From positions 1 to 50,020 of the forward strand of contig JBFGLM010000035.1 of the NCBI GenBank assembly GCA_041576165.1: 50,020 bases of DNA. The letters are read 5' to 3'. Made by a program: the position numbers and the translations under genes. Position 1 is the stretch's first letter. Every line of letters begins with the position of its first letter. The notes below the pieces were generated by a model that saw only the letters and a program-made list of their open reading frames with translations, was not told the DNA's origin and ran no database searches. Source of the DNA: Acidimicrobiia bacterium (GTDB lineage: Bacteria; Actinomycetota; Acidimicrobiia; Spongiisociales; Spongiisociaceae). This document shows, piece after piece, positions 49,601 to 50,020 of the stretch.

Positions 49601-50020
49601 ATCGACTTCGATCTCGATGTTCCGGCCGGCGACTACCGGATCGAATTCTTCGCCAACGGCTCGGGCGCGGATCCGAGCGGATTTGGCGAAGGCGAGGCGC
49701 TCGCCGGCTTCTACAACGTCGTTGCCCATCCCGGCGGTACAGCATCGTACACGGCAGCTGTCCCCGGATCCGCCGGCGACATCATCACGGCCACGACCAC
49801 CGCAGACATCGGGGCGACGTATGGGGCGACGTCCGAGTTTTCGGCAGCCTTCACGGCAACGCCGCCAGACACGACCCCGCCGGTGATCACGTTGGTGGGC
49901 GCCGACCCGCAGGTGATCGAGGCCGGCAGCCCATACGTCGAACTCGGCGCCACCGCGTCGGACAACCACGACGGGGATATCTCAGGGTCGATTGTGATTG
50001 ATGCGTCGGCGGTGGACACC
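40640..50020 (+). CDS. Giant secreted adhesin-like protein, at least 3127 aa, 3'-partial
   Basis: GTG 40640 (GGAG RBS; alternative TTG 40682); same frame at checked points 42980, 44261, 45512, 46673, 47852, 49868 and window end; signal peptide, Big_9-type Ig repeats, 3 CSLREA-like (CTLRAAI) modules with beta-helix, DUF5011-like domain at end. Confidence 0.9.
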   Translation, partial: MPRTDREAVLPSPHLTSRFNSLAVRLSLAGVMAILAFVFSLSADANPDTSIRDEFADARWDGDDGGIEWSGGWAESESDGPETGSIQIAGKAGGHCAASPCLRIGGAGARSEWIERRADLTQALTAQLRFTWSVDAELGYWSERVAATVDISSDDGGSWTTLHTFPEGQFGPVGELATHDISAWVGSEVVLRITSNAAPELVGFFYIDDFEILLGLNEPPVAEPDEVVATAESLNIDVLANDVDPDGHLLSVTEVGPPVHGTVELGPDGSMVYFPPPNWEGEDEFSYWVTDGIAVTEGVVRVAYAGEHPNGDGAESETQPPEEPEGNSVSATDSSAPDGTAPVPEPDEQTEEVPDGPLAKQVPPKVADNESSPVVMNAHEWRVTLPPEPLGTRLEFERNLGHADAALDAMARAKDYAVLLAGGDATLTLDHTDQQHEVRMSFVGSANDPHLRGLEASQTPSDVPRFTSVVYDDIFPGIDVVYSADGTELAYDLVVAPGADPTDIAVDFAGGNRLEVNQDGSLLLDRRGGRDLIATAPISFQTVDGSRVEVESAYLINDDGTLGFDISEFDTALPLIIDPTFKSVATNSTGQTPSITISAPAGVVPGDVLIAAIALRGTASGVVVTAPAGWNLIREDVQDGEQSQHLYYKVATGSEPASYQFTYNQSREAAGAIAAYSDVDTTNPIDAHSGQYNPGSPPTAPSIATTVADTTVLAVFGMRNGGSIDPPVGMTERWDEPGVISIEGSDEAFAGPGATGARSSPTSTSPTIGQLIALAPASALVVNSTGDTADNDLLDGVCDTGGTNSQGATECTLRAAIEEANALAGADTIEFNMPATEPGHSGGVWTIAPGSALPGIASTITLDASTQPGHVANSTVFPNPMDSSLAVRLSGASAPIDTGGLAVLAGSVGTEIRGLSITGFTGASAEAIGLSGAVDTVIGGNYLGVAPDGLSVDANNTAVAVYANSTGTIIGGPLPQDRNMMSGNVYAGVSVAAATATGTVIQGNEIGVVGDGSLSGNDIGVIAIGDSTGTVIGGDQAGEGNRIAGSAFLGVQIGSGASSTSASILGNHIWGSTGLGIDLKNPNGVNPNDPGDGDLGANDLLNYPVITAANESGGTVTVDFDLDVPDGNYRVEFFTNPSGADASGYGEGEIFAGSVNVSVSGGVPTPASAAFSGSAGDVVTATATQGTAAPFGPTSEFSAAFTVSAAFVVNSTGDASDNSIGDGLCDTGGTNSELNSECTLRAAIEEANFASDSDTIEFNMPATEPGHSLGIWTIVPTGPYDDIIETVTIDATTQPGFRGAPIVQLDGSDPGADLATAALTLEANNSLIEGFIVHSWDDEGLEIDASTGRGDFNTLRNNWVGIDASETATFIGDAGILITVGANDNTIENNVVGGATNSGIVVRNLGSDDNIVIGNSVGVGPDGTSPIPNGLHGIELYDQVANNRIGGTGAGEPNLIANNVGAGIALNANSGSGNAIVENAIYANGGLGIDIGIDGSTANDAGDGDLGANDLLNYPVITAAVDVGGTLNVDFDLDVPAGDYTVEFFVNPGGGDGSGFGEGESLVSAYSVVGHPGGLASYATSIAGAAGEILTATATEVLAGLTPSSTSEFSATLTATMPGPVPEGLWLSTVNDVASASGAPGLDSWSGGSALVFGDPGLAFEPPATTGTFSLLADFDAQGQDGNVVLVGLDHVRVATDVGASPTVSVLPGDVLLSTADNEVFVNWDATTTATEAKDVILFRPRTPGDYTSGTFSVLLDGPLASVRDMSLIEAATLVGDQVLPAGSILLTDAKIIYHLDPTGAGPLVPPGSPTVLVNGPDVGIDQNIVGLHIIDDAIRIDGVDLTVGDLLVSLDNTDATTGDNGIPTVRQDVFILELTRTTAGPVGVAAGDATLFFDGSDVGLNLNEEDVRGLAFVGGTPISAPIINDDSVITRRNDPSIVAPLVNDVDPNGDPLSIQSFTQPANGTVVDNGDGTLTFVPDFDFAGSDSFTYTAMDGAETAVATVFIDVRTQELRIATRDPVAGSGTPGLTTWTTGQLLSLGDPGFALFPPSSNGTVGEAINLDRFASDGDAKIGAVHEVAIARTIGSGPTAFNLEPRDQLLVSDASETFYGDTTSISVSDSDVFVFRPDRPGDSATSGEFYFLLDNPAAAGSVRSMTLVEYDTIVADTHFTAGTFLFSSSSDPKRFMSYTADATGLGTTSGTLNEVIDMADAGLGGTIEGIDLIERTITIGGQTLTEGTLLATTDGETTVAGLPVERWDIFSIDVTQTTLVAGTTAATAAMLFDGSQAMFDDNTENLFAIDVFAVPDGAAGNTPPVAVDDVAVTTSAKPVVILVTSNDVDADLDPLTVGAVTDGANGTVIDNGDGTVTYTSSPTFTGVDAFAYRVSDGNGGTDTAFVTVTVDPAFVVNSTGDASDNNLGDGLCDTGGTNSQGDPECTLRAAIEQANALAGADDINFSIPTSEPGYSALPLRYMIQVGSPMEPLATTVSIDATTQPDYPGTPIIELDGSTLASLEDGLTVTGDNVEIRGLVINRFPGDGIGVDATAAGTVIAGNYIGTDVTGLVDLGNGRRGIDLVSGSGPTTVGGTAIADRNVISGSQSDGIVIWGSDGNTIVGNYIGTDATGNALLPNAIDGVRLGGGADNNIVGQAGSGNVISGNGNDGVEITDSSTGNILHGNLIGLGANGTTIVANGRHGVVLYNGANGNFIGGSTVGEGNVISANVTNGVVIDGNGGATTTANVFYGNYIGTDVGGTLDRGNGGAGIYVFNGANSNTVGGATAGHRNVISGNTTDGIYLQNAGTTGNVIKGNYVGVDATGIAARPNGDRGVQIESGANNTVVGGSLAGEGNVISGNGNDGIIISDGAIPGTGTTGSIIEGNLIGVGADGVTPLGNGTNGVRVTTEDGHRIGGTAAGAGNVIAHNVTRGVDIQNASAVNNPILGNSIHSNANIGIDLNDDGVTANDPGDGDSGANDLLNFPVLTSAIEVAGTITIDFDLDVPAGDYRIEFFANGSGADPSGFGEGEALAGFYNVVAHPGGTASYTAAVPGSAGDIITATTTADIGATYGATSEFSAAFTATPPDTTPPVITLVGADPQVIEAGSPYVELGATASDNHDGDISGSIVIDASAVDT

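Noticed and set aside
48431-49969. 512-aa minus-strand ORF and other short ORFs in 40.7-50 kb
   Set aside because: Shadows of the giant plus-strand gene.

Overview
High-GC actinobacterial chromosome segment, probably Acidimicrobiia-like (inferred from mshA, rsiG, guaB1, SLH and CSLREA surface proteins). Bases 1-23.7 kb are mostly housekeeping or envelope genes: SAM hydrolase, Clp1-type kinase, mshA, asparaginase, RsiG, M23 peptidase, MoaD fusion, hppD/GntR, guaB1, HisA-VOC fusion, amidase and OmpA-BON. This part also holds two candidate small RNAs and a DnaA-box cluster. Bases 23.8-50 kb form an accessory signalling/surface region. It has two paralogous orphan histidine kinases, each overlapping a secreted/surface protein gene; one of these is a >3100-aa adhesin-like ORF missing from the ORF track. 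It also has an MtrAB-like system with a GerMN lipoprotein and duplicated micro-peptides. The best candidate for an undescribed system is a module of a SARP/BTAD activator, an HhH protein, a cytoplasmic beta-sandwich protein and a small H-CPxxxC-H protein. The last two are present as two paralogous pairs, and an 11-bp-periodic SARP-type repeat lies upstream of one. No rRNA, tRNA, CRISPR or transposase was recognised. All family calls come from motif recognition by eye, not database searches.
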